A stretch of DNA of 64,000 bases from Spirochaetia bacterium. GTDB taxonomy: Bacteria > Spirochaetota > Spirochaetia > UBA9216. Positions within the stretch are counted from its first letter, which is position 1. Each line of letters opens with the position of its first letter. Shown piece by piece: positions 37,929 to 48,887 of this stretch. A program made the translations under genes and the position numbers. The DNA lies in NCBI GenBank assembly GCA_963675665.1, contig OY776510.1, positions 1,408,001-1,472,000 on the forward strand, in the 5' to 3' direction. Below the pieces are notes generated by a model. It was not told where the DNA came from. It saw only the letters and a list, made by a program, of their open reading frames with translations, and ran no database searches.

Positions 37929-40013
37929 ATGACAACACTTGATAAAATGAGAAACATTGGTATCAGTGCGCACATCGATTCAGGTAAGACCACTCTCACA
38001 GAGAGAATCCTGTATTATTGTAACAAGATTCATGCAATCCATGAAGTGCGTGGAAAAGACGGTGTTGGTGCTACAATGGACTCAATGGAGCTGGAGAAAG
38101 AACGGGGAATCACAATCGCTTCGGCTGCTACAAACGTTGAATGGAAAGAGCATCCAATAAATATCATAGACACTCCGGGGCACGTTGACTTTACAATCGA
38201 GGTTGAACGGTCCCTGCGTGTTCTGGACGGGGCCATTTTGGTCCTCTGTTCAGTCGGCGGTGTTCAGTCACAGTCGATTACTGTAGACAGACAGCTCAAA
38301 CGGTATAAAGTTCCGCGGCTGGCGTTTGTCAACAAATGCGACAGGACAGGAGCCGACCCCCTGAAAGTCTGCGGCCAGCTTCGCGACAAACTCGGGCTTA
38401 ATTCTGTAATGATGCAGCTTCCTATCGGGCTCGAAGAAAAGCACGAGGGCGTTATCGATCTTGTAACCATGAAAGCTGTTTATTTCAGGGGCGAGAGCGG
38501 TGATGAAATCGTCATCGAAGATATACCTGCAGACCGGCTTGCTGAAGCTGAAGAGTACAGGGAAAAAATGCTGGATGCCGCTTCGATGTTCAGCGATGAG
38601 CTGATGGAAGCGATGATGGAAGAGACCGTCAGTGAAGAGCTTATTAATAAAGCCGTTCGAAAAGGAACCATAGCAAATGAGCTTTGCCCCGTCTTTCTCG
38701 GAAGCGCGTATAAAAACAAGGGCGTGCAATCTTTGCTTGATGCTGTAATAGCTTATCTTCCGGATCCCCGCGAGGTAGAGAATATCGCGCTTGATCTGGA
38801 TAATGAGGAAGCTGAGGTTGTACTTGAGGCTGATCCGAAAAAACCGACGGTAGCGCTCGCTTTTAAGCTTGAGGACGGGCAGTACGGCCAGTTGACCTAT
38901 ATCAGGGTATATCAGGGCCAGGTAAAGAAGGGATCGGAGCTTTTTAATACAAGAAGCAGGAAGAAGTTTAAAATCGGCCGTCTGATCAGAATGCATGCGG
39001 ACCATATGGAAGACATAACAGAGGCCGGATGCGGAGATATTGTAGCACTGTTCGGTATTGAATGTGCATCGGGCGATACCTTCTGTGCGACGTCGCTTAA
39101 TTATTCCATGACGTCGATGTATGTGCCGGCCCCGGTTATTTCCCTTGCAGTAGAGCCCGTAGACAAGAAATCAGCCGACAATATGGGCAAAGCACTCAAC
39201 AGGTTTACCAAGGAAGACCCGACATTCAGAACTTATGTCGATCCTGAATCAAACCAGACAATCATACAGGGAATGGGCGAGCTTCACCTTGATGTTTACA
39301 TTGAAAGAATGAAAAGAGAGTACAAGGCTGAGGTTGAAACCGGAATGCCGCAGGTTGCATACCGTGAGGCTATCGGGGCAAGGGCCGAGTTCAACTACAC
39401 TCACAAAAAGCAGTCCGGTGGTTCCGGTCAGTACGGACGTGTTGCCGGGTTTATCGAACCGCTTGAAGAGGAAGAGTACGAATTTGTAAACCAGATTAAG
39501 GGCGGCGCCATTCCGACTGAATATATTCCCGCCTGTGACAAGGGTTTTAAAGCGTCTCTTGAGAAAGGATCACTTATCGGCTTCCCGATTGTCGGTGTAA
39601 AAGTTACAATTAACGACGGTCAGTCTCACTCCGTCGATTCTTCCGATATGGCTTTCCAGTTGGCCGCAATTGGGGCATTCAAGGAAGCATATTCCAAAGC
39701 CAAACCCCAGATCCTTGAACCGATTATGAAAGTGACCGTAGAAGGTCCTACTGAGTTTCAGGGAAACATTTTCGGGTCGATCAACCAGAGACGCGGTGTG
39801 ATAATAGCATCTGTAGAGGAAGGGCTGTATTCAACTGTAGAGGCTGAGGTTCCCATGAGTGAGATGTTCGGTTATTCCACTGTTCTGAGATCGCTTACCC
39901 AGGGTAAGGCTGAGTACACTATGGAATTTCTGAAGTACGGCAAGGTCCCAAGAAGTATTTCTGAGGAACTTATCAAAGAACATGAGCAGAAGAAAAAAGA
40001 GCAGAATAAGTAA
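37929..40013 (+). CDS. fusA: Elongation factor G (spd/mitochondrial EF-G1 type)
   Basis: [46 protein letters not shown]; GAGAGG RBS before ATG 37929. Confidence 0.97.
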   Translation: MTTLDKMRNIGISAHIDSGKTTLTERILYYCNKIHAIHEVRGKDGVGATMDSMELEKERGITIASAATNVEWKEHPINIIDTPGHVDFTIEVERSLRVLDGAILVLCSVGGVQSQSITVDRQLKRYKVPRLAFVNKCDRTGADPLKVCGQLRDKLGLNSVMMQLPIGLEEKHEGVIDLVTMKAVYFRGESGDEIVIEDIPADRLAEAEEYREKMLDAASMFSDELMEAMMEETVSEELINKAVRKGTIANELCPVFLGSAYKNKGVQSLLDAVIAYLPDPREVENIALDLDNEEAEVVLEADPKKPTVALAFKLEDGQYGQLTYIRVYQGQVKKGSELFNTRSRKKFKIGRLIRMHADHMEDITEAGCGDIVALFGIECASGDTFCATSLNYSMTSMYVPAPVISLAVEPVDKKSADNMGKALNRFTKEDPTFRTYVDPESNQTIIQGMGELHLDVYIERMKREYKAEVETGMPQVAYREAIGARAEFNYTHKKQSGGSGQYGRVAGFIEPLEEEEYEFVNQIKGGAIPTEYIPACDKGFKASLEKGSLIGFPIVGVKVTINDGQSHSVDSSDMAFQLAAIGAFKEAYSKAKPQILEPIMKVTVEGPTEFQGNIFGSINQRRGVIIASVEEGLYSTVEAEVPMSEMFGYSTVLRSLTQGKAEYTMEFLKYGKVPRSISEELIKEHEQKKKEQNK

Positions 40014-40027
40014 GGGAGTATAGAGAT

Positions 40028-40729
40028 ATGGTAAAAGCAGAACTTAATAAAAGAAGTCCTCTTCGTATTTTTGAGAATTCAATAAACGGAGGGGTCGGTA
40101 AAGGGAATATAGGTGTCCTTACTTCACGGAAGGGAGTTGGTAAAACTGCCTGCCTTGTGCATATAGCAATGGATAAACTGTTTCGCGGTCGCCATGTTAT
40201 TCATGTGTCATTTTCTTCTAAAGTAGATCATATATCCATGTGGTATGAGGACATCTTCAAGGAAATCGCTAAAAAGCGCGAACTTGAAAATGCAGTTGAG
40301 GTTCATGATGAAATAATAAAGAACCGGGTAATCATGAACTTTAATCAGGAAGGAATTGATACCGAGCATATTCTTAAAAGTATTTCAGCCATGATAGAGC
40401 AGGGTCATTTTGCTGCTGATGCGATAATAATTGACGGTTATGATTATGCAAAGGCTTCAAGAGATGATCTTAAAGCTTTAAGTGATTTTGCCAAAGAGAC
40501 CAATCTTGAAATTTGGACATCGGTGTCGCTTCAGAAAGATGAACCGTACGATGAAAACGGAATGCCCATTGTGCTTAAAGACTATCTTGAAAGCCTGGCT
40601 GTAATTATTACACTGATGTATGAAGGCGATTTTGTGCATCTGAAGGTTGTGAAAGACCATGATGATTTGTCTCCGAAAGAGATGGAGCTGAAACTGGATC
40701 CAAAAACGCTGCTAATTGCTGAAAAATAA
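40028..40729 (+). CDS. KaiC/RecA-fold P-loop protein of unknown function
   Basis: GGVGKGNIGV-LTSRKGVGKT Walker A, AIIIDG Walker B-like. Confidence 0.7.
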   Translation: MVKAELNKRSPLRIFENSINGGVGKGNIGVLTSRKGVGKTACLVHIAMDKLFRGRHVIHVSFSSKVDHISMWYEDIFKEIAKKRELENAVEVHDEIIKNRVIMNFNQEGIDTEHILKSISAMIEQGHFAADAIIIDGYDYAKASRDDLKALSDFAKETNLEIWTSVSLQKDEPYDENGMPIVLKDYLESLAVIITLMYEGDFVHLKVVKDHDDLSPKEMELKLDPKTLLIAEK

Positions 40730-40745
40730 AAATAATTGATAATTA

Positions 40746-40781
40746 ATGGGATATTCTGCTGTCGGAATATCCCGTTTTTTT
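40746..40781 (+). terminator. Rho-independent terminator
   Basis: ATGGGATATTC-TGCTGTCG-GAATATCCCG-T7. Confidence 0.85.
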
Positions 40782-40943
40782 GTAATTCTGTTAACATTTG
40801 TCAAAATTGACTAAACAATTTCTTAACATTTATTTAATCCTGCTTGCAGGACTTACATTTCGCTATTATAATTGACAATCAAATAATATTTTACCTTTTT
40901 GAAAGATCATGGAAAGTTCCCACTATAAAAATAAGGAGTACCA

Positions 40944-42923
40944 ATGAGAATCGGGAGAAAACTAAATCTGTTGATTATAGCGGTGATAGTTGCAATTCTT
41001 ATAGGGATAGGTATTTTTGTAATAAATTATATTCCTGCAGCTAAAATGAAAACGGAAAAAGATTCGCTGTTTGCGCTGGACTCGGCAATATCTGAACTCA
41101 GAGCTGACATTAACAAGATGCCTACCGCTTCGTTCGACAGTCAGTTGCAGGAAGTCCTTCTGAAAAATGAAGTTCTTAAGCTTCAGTTTGAGCAGATAGA
41201 CGGTTTTGAATACCTGAAAAAGGACCCGGAAATAGAGGAATCTCTCAGTATCATATCAAGACTCTACTCGCTTTTTGAGGTTAATTACGAGACTTTTCTC
41301 AGTACGACATCAAGAATGGTGCCGCATCTGGAAGAAGTTTTCCTCAGCGATAAAATTAAACTGGACGGCGTCAGAAGTTCAAGAATGTTGGAACGGTATG
41401 AAAAGAAAGCCGAATTCTTAAGCCTGATGGACAGCTTGTATTCCGTTATTTCAATTATCGACAGCAACCTTATCTCGACCCACCTTGTGGCTGAAGAGCA
41501 GTTTGAATTGATTAATTCATTGATAGTAGCCCGGGAAAAGAATTCCTATATTCTCGGAATATCGATAGTGGTGATACTGAGCATGATAGCTTTTCTGGCT
41601 GCGCTGATGATTACCAGAAGAATAACCAAAAACATACAGATTGCAGGTGAGGGCATAAAAAGGATGAGTGCCGGAGACCTCTCCGCAAGTTTTGAAATAA
41701 AATCAAAAGATGAACTGGGAGAACTCGGCAGTGATCTGAACATGCTGACCGACAGCCTGAAGACGGCGTTGCGTTCGATGAAGAACAGTTCCAACCGCGG
41801 AGTTGATCTGAAACAGGAGCTTATAGCTTCGGCTAACCAGACTTCGGCTGCAGCAGCCCAGATTGCGGCTAACAGCAAAGCAATATCGAACCAGTTCAAT
41901 ATGCTTTCGGAGAAGGTTGAAGGTGCTGCAAGGGCTAATCAAAGCATGAAAAACAGTCTTCAATCACTTGACGAAAATGTTCAGGAGCAGACTGCGATGG
42001 TTGAGGAATCAACCTCTTCTGTTACCGAAATGATTAGTTCAATCAATAACGTGGCTGAAATTACAACAAGGAAAAAAACTGCTACTGATATTCTCGTAAA
42101 AACTGCAGAATCCGGCGGTTCAAAATTGAGCGCTACAATTCAGGTAATAAACGAGATTAATGAAAGCCTTGATCAGATAAAGGGAATGGCAGGTATTATT
42201 CAGCAGATTGCCAGTCAGACGAACCTTCTTGCAATGAACGCGGCAATAGAAGCAGCGCACGCAGGAGACGCCGGCCGGGGTTTCGCGGTTGTAGCAGATG
42301 AAATCAGAAAGCTTGCAGAAGCCTCGTCAATGAATTCCAAACAGATCGGCGGTGTTTTAAAGGAAGTAGTTGTCCGAATAGAGACCGCTTCTACGTCAGG
42401 ACATGAAACAGAGGCTGCATTTACCGAAATTGACAGGGAAGTAAAGAGCGTAGCACAGTCGCTCGATGAAATCAGCGCAAGTATGGATGAATTGAATGTA
42501 GGCGGGAAACAAATCCTTGAAGCAATGACAGGTCTGCAGGATGTATCGGTAAATGTCGCCGGTGGTTCCGGCAAGATGGCGGATTCCTCAGGCAGCGTTA
42601 CCGAAGCAATAGAAATCGTATCGCGTATTACGACCGAAGTAGCCGAAAGCGCTAACGAAATTTCAATTGGAATTTCCGAAGTCAGCAACGCCATGATGCT
42701 TGTTAATGAACTGTCGAATAATCTTGGGGAGATAACCGATAAACTCGAGGAAGAAGCTGCCAGGTTCAAAACTGAAGAACAGGAAGAAACGGAAAATGCT
42801 GAAGACTCTGATGAACAAGATAATTACCAGTCAATAAAAACTCCTGCAGAGGAGATAACTACCGTTATGATGGCCGGTGACAGTGAATTGACTGCTGATA
42901 TCGAAGCGCTTGATGAAGAATAG
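40944..42923 (+). CDS. Methyl-accepting chemotaxis protein
   Basis: Two TMs, HAMP (KDELGEL), [37 protein letters not shown]. Confidence 0.96.
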   Translation: MRIGRKLNLLIIAVIVAILIGIGIFVINYIPAAKMKTEKDSLFALDSAISELRADINKMPTASFDSQLQEVLLKNEVLKLQFEQIDGFEYLKKDPEIEESLSIISRLYSLFEVNYETFLSTTSRMVPHLEEVFLSDKIKLDGVRSSRMLERYEKKAEFLSLMDSLYSVISIIDSNLISTHLVAEEQFELINSLIVAREKNSYILGISIVVILSMIAFLAALMITRRITKNIQIAGEGIKRMSAGDLSASFEIKSKDELGELGSDLNMLTDSLKTALRSMKNSSNRGVDLKQELIASANQTSAAAAQIAANSKAISNQFNMLSEKVEGAARANQSMKNSLQSLDENVQEQTAMVEESTSSVTEMISSINNVAEITTRKKTATDILVKTAESGGSKLSATIQVINEINESLDQIKGMAGIIQQIASQTNLLAMNAAIEAAHAGDAGRGFAVVADEIRKLAEASSMNSKQIGGVLKEVVVRIETASTSGHETEAAFTEIDREVKSVAQSLDEISASMDELNVGGKQILEAMTGLQDVSVNVAGGSGKMADSSGSVTEAIEIVSRITTEVAESANEISIGISEVSNAMMLVNELSNNLGEITDKLEEEAARFKTEEQEETENAEDSDEQDNYQSIKTPAEEITTVMMAGDSELTADIEALDEE

Positions 42924-42933
42924 GGCTCTGATT

Positions 42934-43611
42934 TTATCGGCTTCGGCTAATATTTCGCCTTTTACAATGTGATGTAATTACGCATTTTGAACACCAGGGC
43001 GACTGGGGTGTGCATATTTTTTGTCCGTAACTGACCAGTATTTCATTTAACGGTATCCAGTATTTTTCGGGCAGGATTTTTTCGAGTGCAAGTTCGGTTT
43101 CATCAGGAAGTTTTGTTGTTACCCAACCGGTGCGGTTTGAAATTCTGTGTACATGCGTATCAACACAAATCGCATTGATTCCGAACCCCAGGTTCAGGGT
43201 CAGGTTCGCTGTTTTCCGTCCCACGCCCGGAAGCGTTAAAAGTTCATCGCGATCGGCCGGAATATTCCCGTTATATTTATCCGCCAGTATTTTTGCGCAT
43301 TTTTTTATTCCTGAGGCTTTGTTCCGATAGAAAGCTGCAGGATAAATCAAGTCTGAAATCTCGGTTTCAGAAAGCTGTAAAATTTCATATAGATTGGGAG
43401 CCCGTTTAAAAAGCCGTTCGGAGGCTGCAAGTGTAACCTCGTCCCTTGTGCGCAGTGAGATAATTGTTGAGAAAAGAACCCTGTATGGAGAATTGTCGTC
43501 CTCGGCAATCTGTGATACAGAAGGCAGCGCATTGTTTTTTATATAGGTTTGGAGTTGTCTGAATATTAAGTCCCATTCAGGAATAATTCCGGCTGCAGTT
43601 TTTTCAGCCAT
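42934..43611 (-). CDS. nth: Endonuclease III
   Basis: LPGVGRKTAN HhH, VDTHVHR, C-X6-C-X2-C-X5-C. Confidence 0.93.
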   Translation of the reverse strand: MAEKTAAGIIPEWDLIFRQLQTYIKNNALPSVSQIAEDDNSPYRVLFSTIISLRTRDEVTLAASERLFKRAPNLYEILQLSETEISDLIYPAAFYRNKASGIKKCAKILADKYNGNIPADRDELLTLPGVGRKTANLTLNLGFGINAICVDTHVHRISNRTGWVTTKLPDETELALEKILPEKYWIPLNEILVSYGQKICTPQSPWCSKCVITSHCKRRNISRSR

Positions 43612-44085
43612 CTATACAGGTACCATCAATACCACAGCATGAGCCTCAACAGCCTTGCCTGCGCCGACTTCGCCGAGGCCTTCGTTGGTTTTGGCTTTTA
43701 TGGAAACAGCCGACGGCTTAATTCCGGCTGCCTGGGCGAGCTTTAAACACATTGTTTCTATGTAAGGTTTTAATTTAGGTGTCTGCAGGATTACTGTTGA
43801 ATCTATATTCGAAGGTTTCAGCCCAAGTTTTGCGGCAATTTTGACGGCTTCAGTGAGCAGTTTCATGCTGTCGGCGTTTTTCCATTCGGGGTCGGTGTCC
43901 GGGAAATGTGTTCCTATGTCGCCTGCTGCAGCGGCGCCGAGTATCGCATCAATAACCGCGTGGGCAAGCACGTCGCCGTCGGAATGGGCAACAACTCCGA
44001 AAGCGGAAGGAATGTCAACACCGCCCAAAACAAGTTTGCGTCCTTCTTCCATCCGGTGAATGTCCCAACCCTGGCCGATTCTCAT
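43612..44085 (-). CDS. ispF: 2-C-methyl-D-erythritol 2,4-cyclodiphosphate synthase
   Basis: MRIGQGWDIH, HSDGDV, GDIGTHFPDTD, KAKTNEGLG. Confidence 0.97.
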   Translation of the reverse strand: MRIGQGWDIHRMEEGRKLVLGGVDIPSAFGVVAHSDGDVLAHAVIDAILGAAAAGDIGTHFPDTDPEWKNADSMKLLTEAVKIAAKLGLKPSNIDSTVILQTPKLKPYIETMCLKLAQAAGIKPSAVSIKAKTNEGLGEVGAGKAVEAHAVVLMVPV

Positions 44086-44831
44086 TCTGCCGCCTCCGTA
44101 TTATGGCCGGACTCTGAAAGCAGCAAATCTTCAGCATAAGTTATCTTACGGTTTGCCTTACTGCCTTCAACGGTATAAACGTCGCCTTCGTAGCGGCTGA
44201 ATATTTCCGTGTCGTCAATATACCGCCTTCCGTCGGCGGCTGCCCGGTCGTGTGCAGCAAGAATTTCATTAAATGCAAAGGCCTGGGGCGTCTGTACGCT
44301 GACGGTTTCCTTTCTAGGCAGGTGTCCTGTGATTATACCGTCGGAATTTATTTCTTTCATTGCATCTATTGACTGAATTATCGGAGCGCAGGCCCTGTGA
44401 CGTACACATCCGGAGGCTACACGTTTTATCAGTTCCGTGTCTGCCCACGGACGAGCTCCGTCATGAATGAGAACATATCCGTTATCCTGGAGCCCGGGGC
44501 ATTTCCCGGCAAGATGTTTCAGTCCGAGGTGGACCGACTGCTGTCTTTCAGCGCCGCCGTCGCAGAGAAGAAGCGGCATCGACAGTTTTCCCATTTGGGG
44601 TGCAAGCACCTCAAGCAGCTTCCTGACCTCATTTTGAGTGCCGGGTTTACATGTTACCAGACCAAAGCTGAATAAAGAGGTGTCAAGGAAATTTTTAAGG
44701 GTAACGGCTATGACCGGCATGCCGCCTATATTACGGAACTCTTTTTTTATTCCGTTTCCCATTCTGGTTCCGGATCCTGCCGCAGTAATTATAAAAGCGA
44801 AAAGGTTCTTTCCGTCCGGAATGGGAATCAT
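44082..44831 (-). CDS. ispD: MEP cytidylyltransferase
   Basis: AAGSGTRM, GGAERQQSV, IHDGARP, QTPQAF, NRKIT. Confidence 0.95.
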   Translation of the reverse strand: MIPIPDGKNLFAFIITAAGSGTRMGNGIKKEFRNIGGMPVIAVTLKNFLDTSLFSFGLVTCKPGTQNEVRKLLEVLAPQMGKLSMPLLLCDGGAERQQSVHLGLKHLAGKCPGLQDNGYVLIHDGARPWADTELIKRVASGCVRHRACAPIIQSIDAMKEINSDGIITGHLPRKETVSVQTPQAFAFNEILAAHDRAAADGRRYIDDTEIFSRYEGDVYTVEGSKANRKITYAEDLLLSESGHNTEAAE

Positions 44832-45340
44832 TCTTCAATTTCTAACCGGCTGAAGATCAGTTGTTCAACTTCGGATTTTGTTTTCCCGAGTGAAAAAGAG
44901 ACCTCGTCAACAAGAAGTTTAAGAGCGCTGTCGAACAGTTTTCGTTCGAGTATGGGCAGTTCCTTAACCTTGCTTCGGTGGTAAAGAGTTCTGACTACAG
45001 TTGCAATATCGGTTACGCTGCCGCTTTTCAGAAGATCAAGGTTCATCTGATATCTCATCTTCCAGTCTGCGGTTACCGGTTCATAGTCTTCAGAAATAAG
45101 CTGAAGAGCCTTCTTCGACTCTTTTTCACTTACAATAGCACGGATTCCAAGCCCTTCGGCCTTGTCCGTAGGAACCATTATTGTCATATCGCTTACTTCA
45201 AGATAGATGATGTAATAAAGAACGTCTTCACCCTTGAATTCTTTCTCTTCGATACTTGTTATTTTGCCTACACCCTGAAGAGGGTATACAACTTCCTGGT
45301 CAACCTTGAAGGTTGTTGATTTTGTGTTATTTACGGCCAT
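44828..45340 (-). CDS. carD: CarD family transcription factor
   Basis: FKVDQEVVYPLQGVGKI, MVP, WKMRY. Confidence 0.93.
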   Translation of the reverse strand: MAVNNTKSTTFKVDQEVVYPLQGVGKITSIEEKEFKGEDVLYYIIYLEVSDMTIMVPTDKAEGLGIRAIVSEKESKKALQLISEDYEPVTADWKMRYQMNLDLLKSGSVTDIATVVRTLYHRSKVKELPILERKLFDSALKLLVDEVSFSLGKTKSEVEQLIFSRLEIEE

Positions 45341-45510
45341 ATAATATAATTATAGCTTATTAAAGCAGAATAGTAAATAGAGGCGGGAATATCTGTTATA
45401 CAGTAAGCGTAATAAAACTTTACATAAAATCCAGAATACGTAGAAAAAACATTGACAAATTACGAAAAAAGGTTTATCTGTAAATTACAGAACGAATAAC
45501 GGAGTGTAAT

Positions 45511-46623
45511 ATGAGAATCGGAGTAGCAAAGGAAATTAAAAGACATGAATACAGGGTCGGACTGACTCCTGCAAATACGAGAGCATATATAAATGCAGGC
45601 CATTATGTATCTGTGGAGGCGGGTGCCGGAATGAATGCGGGTTTTCCCGATCAGGCATATATCGAAGCCGGCGCCGTGATTGAAACCGACAAGAAAAAGC
45701 TGTTTGCTGAAGCCGACATGATTATCAAGGTTAAAGAACCGCTGGCTGAAGAATACGATTTGTTTCATGAAGATCAGATTCTTTATACATATCTGCACCT
45801 TGCAGCCGACGAAGCCCAGGCAAGGGCTTTAATGGCAAAAAAAGTAAAAGCCGTGGCATATGAGACAATAGAGGAGTCCGATCGGTCGCTGCCCTGTCTG
45901 ACGCCGATGAGTGAAATTGCCGGGCGTTTGTCGGTACAGGAAGGTGCCAAGTACCTTGAAAAGCCGTTCGGCGGACGCGGTGTTCTTCTCGGAGGAGTGC
46001 CGGGTGTTCCCAGGGGAAAGGTGGCAATTCTCGGCGGAGGTGTTGTCGGAACCAATGCAGCTAAAATGGCTATCGGCTTGGGAGCGGATGTTACTGTGCT
46101 TGATATCAGCGCAAGACGTCTCGGCTATCTTGATGATATTTTTGAGACAAGAATAACAACTCTTTACAGCAATGAAGAAAATATACAAATGGTTTTAAGA
46201 GAAAGCGACCTGATTATAGGCAGTGTTCTTATTCCGGGCGCAAAAGCTCCACATCTTGTCAGAAGAGAACATCTCGGCATAATGAAGCCGGGTTCTGTTC
46301 TTGTGGATGTTGCCGTTGATCAGGGCGGATGTATTGAGACAACTCATCCTACAACTCATGATAATCCTATTTTTGAAGTAGAAGGTATTATACATTACTG
46401 CGTTGCGAATATGCCCGGAGCGGTGTCTCTCACTTCTACTCTTGCCCTTACGGGGGCTACGCTGTCATACGGTCTTCTTCTGGCGGGAAAGGGCGTAGAA
46501 GACGCCGTAAAAGAGTCTGCTGCATTACGCAAAGGGCTCAATATTTATAAAGGACACTGTGTGTATGAACATGTAGCCGAATCGCTTGATTTGGAGTATA
46601 CTCCGTTAGAGACGCTTATATAG
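45511..46623 (+). CDS. ald: Alanine dehydrogenase
   Basis: KEIK..EYRVGLTP, KVKEP, YLHLA, MSEIAGR, DVAVDQGGC, YCVANMPGA. Confidence 0.97.
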   Translation: MRIGVAKEIKRHEYRVGLTPANTRAYINAGHYVSVEAGAGMNAGFPDQAYIEAGAVIETDKKKLFAEADMIIKVKEPLAEEYDLFHEDQILYTYLHLAADEAQARALMAKKVKAVAYETIEESDRSLPCLTPMSEIAGRLSVQEGAKYLEKPFGGRGVLLGGVPGVPRGKVAILGGGVVGTNAAKMAIGLGADVTVLDISARRLGYLDDIFETRITTLYSNEENIQMVLRESDLIIGSVLIPGAKAPHLVRREHLGIMKPGSVLVDVAVDQGGCIETTHPTTHDNPIFEVEGIIHYCVANMPGAVSLTSTLALTGATLSYGLLLAGKGVEDAVKESAALRKGLNIYKGHCVYEHVAESLDLEYTPLETLI

Positions 46624-46628
46624 GAGGA

Positions 46629-46762
46629 ATGATAAAATTGCTTCCATGCAATTTTATCATTTTGAAGTTGTGAAGCAAAAACTGGAGCGCAGTTTAAACT
46701 GCAACACAGTTTAGCTTTACAACTTCACCTGTTAAAAACCCGCATCCTTGCGGGAATGTTTT
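46629..46762. repeat. Multi-palindromic REP/MITE-like element
   Basis: 13-bp perfect IR at 46629-46660, three-way stem at 46663-46727, hairpin CCCGCA-TCCT-TGCGGG at 46739-46754. Confidence 0.65.
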
Positions 46763-46778
46763 ATAGGAGAAGAGGGAC

Positions 46779-47213
46779 ATGCAGCTGGATGAAACCGATT
46801 GGAAGATTATCAATATTCTGAGAGATTCGCATGTCCCCAACAGCTCTATAGCCCGAACCCTTGATTTATCGGAAGGGGCTATTCGGCAGCGGTTGAAAAA
46901 ACTGAAAGATTCCGGAGTTATGATAGTACGTGGAATGATAAACCCGGACATTCTGGAAAACCAGTTGATAGCAATGGTTGCAGTGACTGTAGCGGAATCT
47001 TCTCTTCTTGAGACCAAGGCAATTGAAATTTCCAAACTGGAAAATGTGCAATCTGTAAACATCACTACCGGGAGATATGATCTATTGGTAGAAGTCCTGG
47101 TAGATTCAAACAAAGGACTTGTAAAATTTCTGACCGGGGAACTCTCACAAGTTAACGGAATCTCTTCAACCGAAAGCTTCATTATGCTCAAGGGTTACAA
47201 TAAGTATATCTAA
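46779..47213 (+). CDS. Lrp/AsnC family regulator (likely ald regulator)
   Basis: LDETDWKII, LSEGAIRQRLKKL, TTGRYDL. Confidence 0.92.
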   Translation: MQLDETDWKIINILRDSHVPNSSIARTLDLSEGAIRQRLKKLKDSGVMIVRGMINPDILENQLIAMVAVTVAESSLLETKAIEISKLENVQSVNITTGRYDLLVEVLVDSNKGLVKFLTGELSQVNGISSTESFIMLKGYNKYI

Positions 47214-47258
47214 AGTCATAAAAAGATCGATTAACTTTTTATAACTTTCCGTTTTTAT

Positions 47259-48869
47259 TCAGGTTGCCGGATTTCCGGTAACCGGCATCATGGCCGCACC
47301 GTCCGGAAGTTCAGGCTTAAGAAGATACATGTATTTAAACGGATGAATATCAAGTACATTCGGATACCAGCCCTGTAGAATATCGACATTCACCGCATTA
47401 AACGCAGGGTAATTTTCTATGGGAAGAACAAGCGCACCTTCAAGAAGGCGCTTTTCAGCTTCCGCCATCAGCTTATAACGTGACTTTGTGTCTTTTTCCT
47501 TAACCGATTCGTTAAGCAGGGCGTCATACAGGGGATCATTGAACCCGGAGTCATTGAGGTTGCTGTCTGCAGTCCACATCTGGAGAAATGTCAGCGGATC
47601 AGCATAATCGCCAATCCATGATGTTGTACCGAGGGAATAACCGGGTTCTTTAAGGCGTGTGTAATATTCATCGAAATCAGAGACTTCGATATTTACCCTG
47701 ATATCGAGGAATTTTTCCCATTCCTGTTTCATTATTCCAGCTACATACATGCTGTCGCGGCTTTCAGGTATCAGAATATTCAATGTTCCTATGCCTGCTC
47801 CCTTTGTGTAACCAGCTTTATGAAGCAGCTGCAGGGCTTCTGTCATGTTTCGACGGTTGATTCCTTCTGCTTCCGGATAACCGGGAATTCCCGGAACCAG
47901 GCCTGTCGAAGGTAGAAAAAAAGCCTGCGGGCTTCTTATCCGATCCCAGGGCAGGATAAGGCTTAAGCCTCTCCGAACATCAGGATCCTTTAACGGGCCG
48001 TCATGGACCGTAAAATAAAAATAGGTTGTTCCGAAAAGGGGGTTGGTAACAATGTCTTCAGCCCGTTCAAGAGCGCCAAGGAAAACTCCCGAAGGAGCCC
48101 AGTGAATACGGCCGCTATTAAACTCGGTCGTTGCTGTTTCAGCGTCATCGGTGAACCTGATATGAAGTTCATCAAGTTTAACGTTTTCAGCATCCCAGTA
48201 AAGAATGTTCTTCTTGAATACAGCGATATCGTTTTTTCGGGAATAAAGAAAAAATGGCCCGTTTCCAATTGCAGACGGCCCGGCTTTCCATTCTCCATTT
48301 TTAAGATTTAGCGGGTTTACTGGCGAGAAGGAATGGTGACAAAGGATTTTAAGGAAATATTCCGCAGCTTCTTTCAGTTTAATCTCAAGTATCAGAGGAG
48401 TTATAACCTTTATCCCGACTTTGGTTTTATCTGTTATTTTTCCGCTGCGGTATTCGTAAGCTCCCTCGATAATATCAAGCATGAATGAATATTCAGCCCC
48501 TTCGTCAGGGTCGATAAGACGTAACCAGGCGTCACGGAAATCTGATGCCGTTACTGTTTCTCCGTTCCAGTATTTTCCGTCCGGCCGAAGAAAGAAAGTA
48601 TAGGTAAGTCCGTCGGAAGACACAATCCATCGTGATGCGGCCCCGGGTACGGGTTCAAGAGTCAGCGGATGGTAGCCGACCAGTCCTTCGTAGATTGCCG
48701 AGTAAAGCTGGGCTTCTGTGGTAGTATAAGAATGGGCGGGATCAAGTTGAAATTCTCCTGAAGAATAATTCATCAAAAGTATATTCTTGTCTGAATCGGC
48801 AAAAACAGGAGATGTTGTTGAAAGAATTAACAATAATACCGACAGCGCACTTATTACTTTTGTTTTCAA
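47259..48869 (-). CDS. Oligopeptide ABC substrate-binding protein (OppA-like)
   Basis: LDP, IYEGL, YTFFLR, WNGETVTASDF, GNGPF, WIGDYADP. Confidence 0.92.
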   Translation of the reverse strand: MKTKVISALSVLLLILSTTSPVFADSDKNILLMNYSSGEFQLDPAHSYTTTEAQLYSAIYEGLVGYHPLTLEPVPGAASRWIVSSDGLTYTFFLRPDGKYWNGETVTASDFRDAWLRLIDPDEGAEYSFMLDIIEGAYEYRSGKITDKTKVGIKVITPLILEIKLKEAAEYFLKILCHHSFSPVNPLNLKNGEWKAGPSAIGNGPFFLYSRKNDIAVFKKNILYWDAENVKLDELHIRFTDDAETATTEFNSGRIHWAPSGVFLGALERAEDIVTNPLFGTTYFYFTVHDGPLKDPDVRRGLSLILPWDRIRSPQAFFLPSTGLVPGIPGYPEAEGINRRNMTEALQLLHKAGYTKGAGIGTLNILIPESRDSMYVAGIMKQEWEKFLDIRVNIEVSDFDEYYTRLKEPGYSLGTTSWIGDYADPLTFLQMWTADSNLNDSGFNDPLYDALLNESVKEKDTKSRYKLMAEAEKRLLEGALVLPIENYPAFNAVNVDILQGWYPNVLDIHPFKYMYLLKPELPDGAAMMPVTGNPAT

Positions 48870-48887
48870 TTAGGATCCCGTCTATCT

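Noticed and set aside
38268-39005. 245-aa - strand ORF
   Set aside because: Antisense to fusA; typical shadow of a codon-biased gene.
46629-46673. Possible 14-aa peptide MIKLLPCNFIILKL after ald
   Set aside because: AGGAGG is only 1 nt from the ATG, and the frame lies inside a palindrome.
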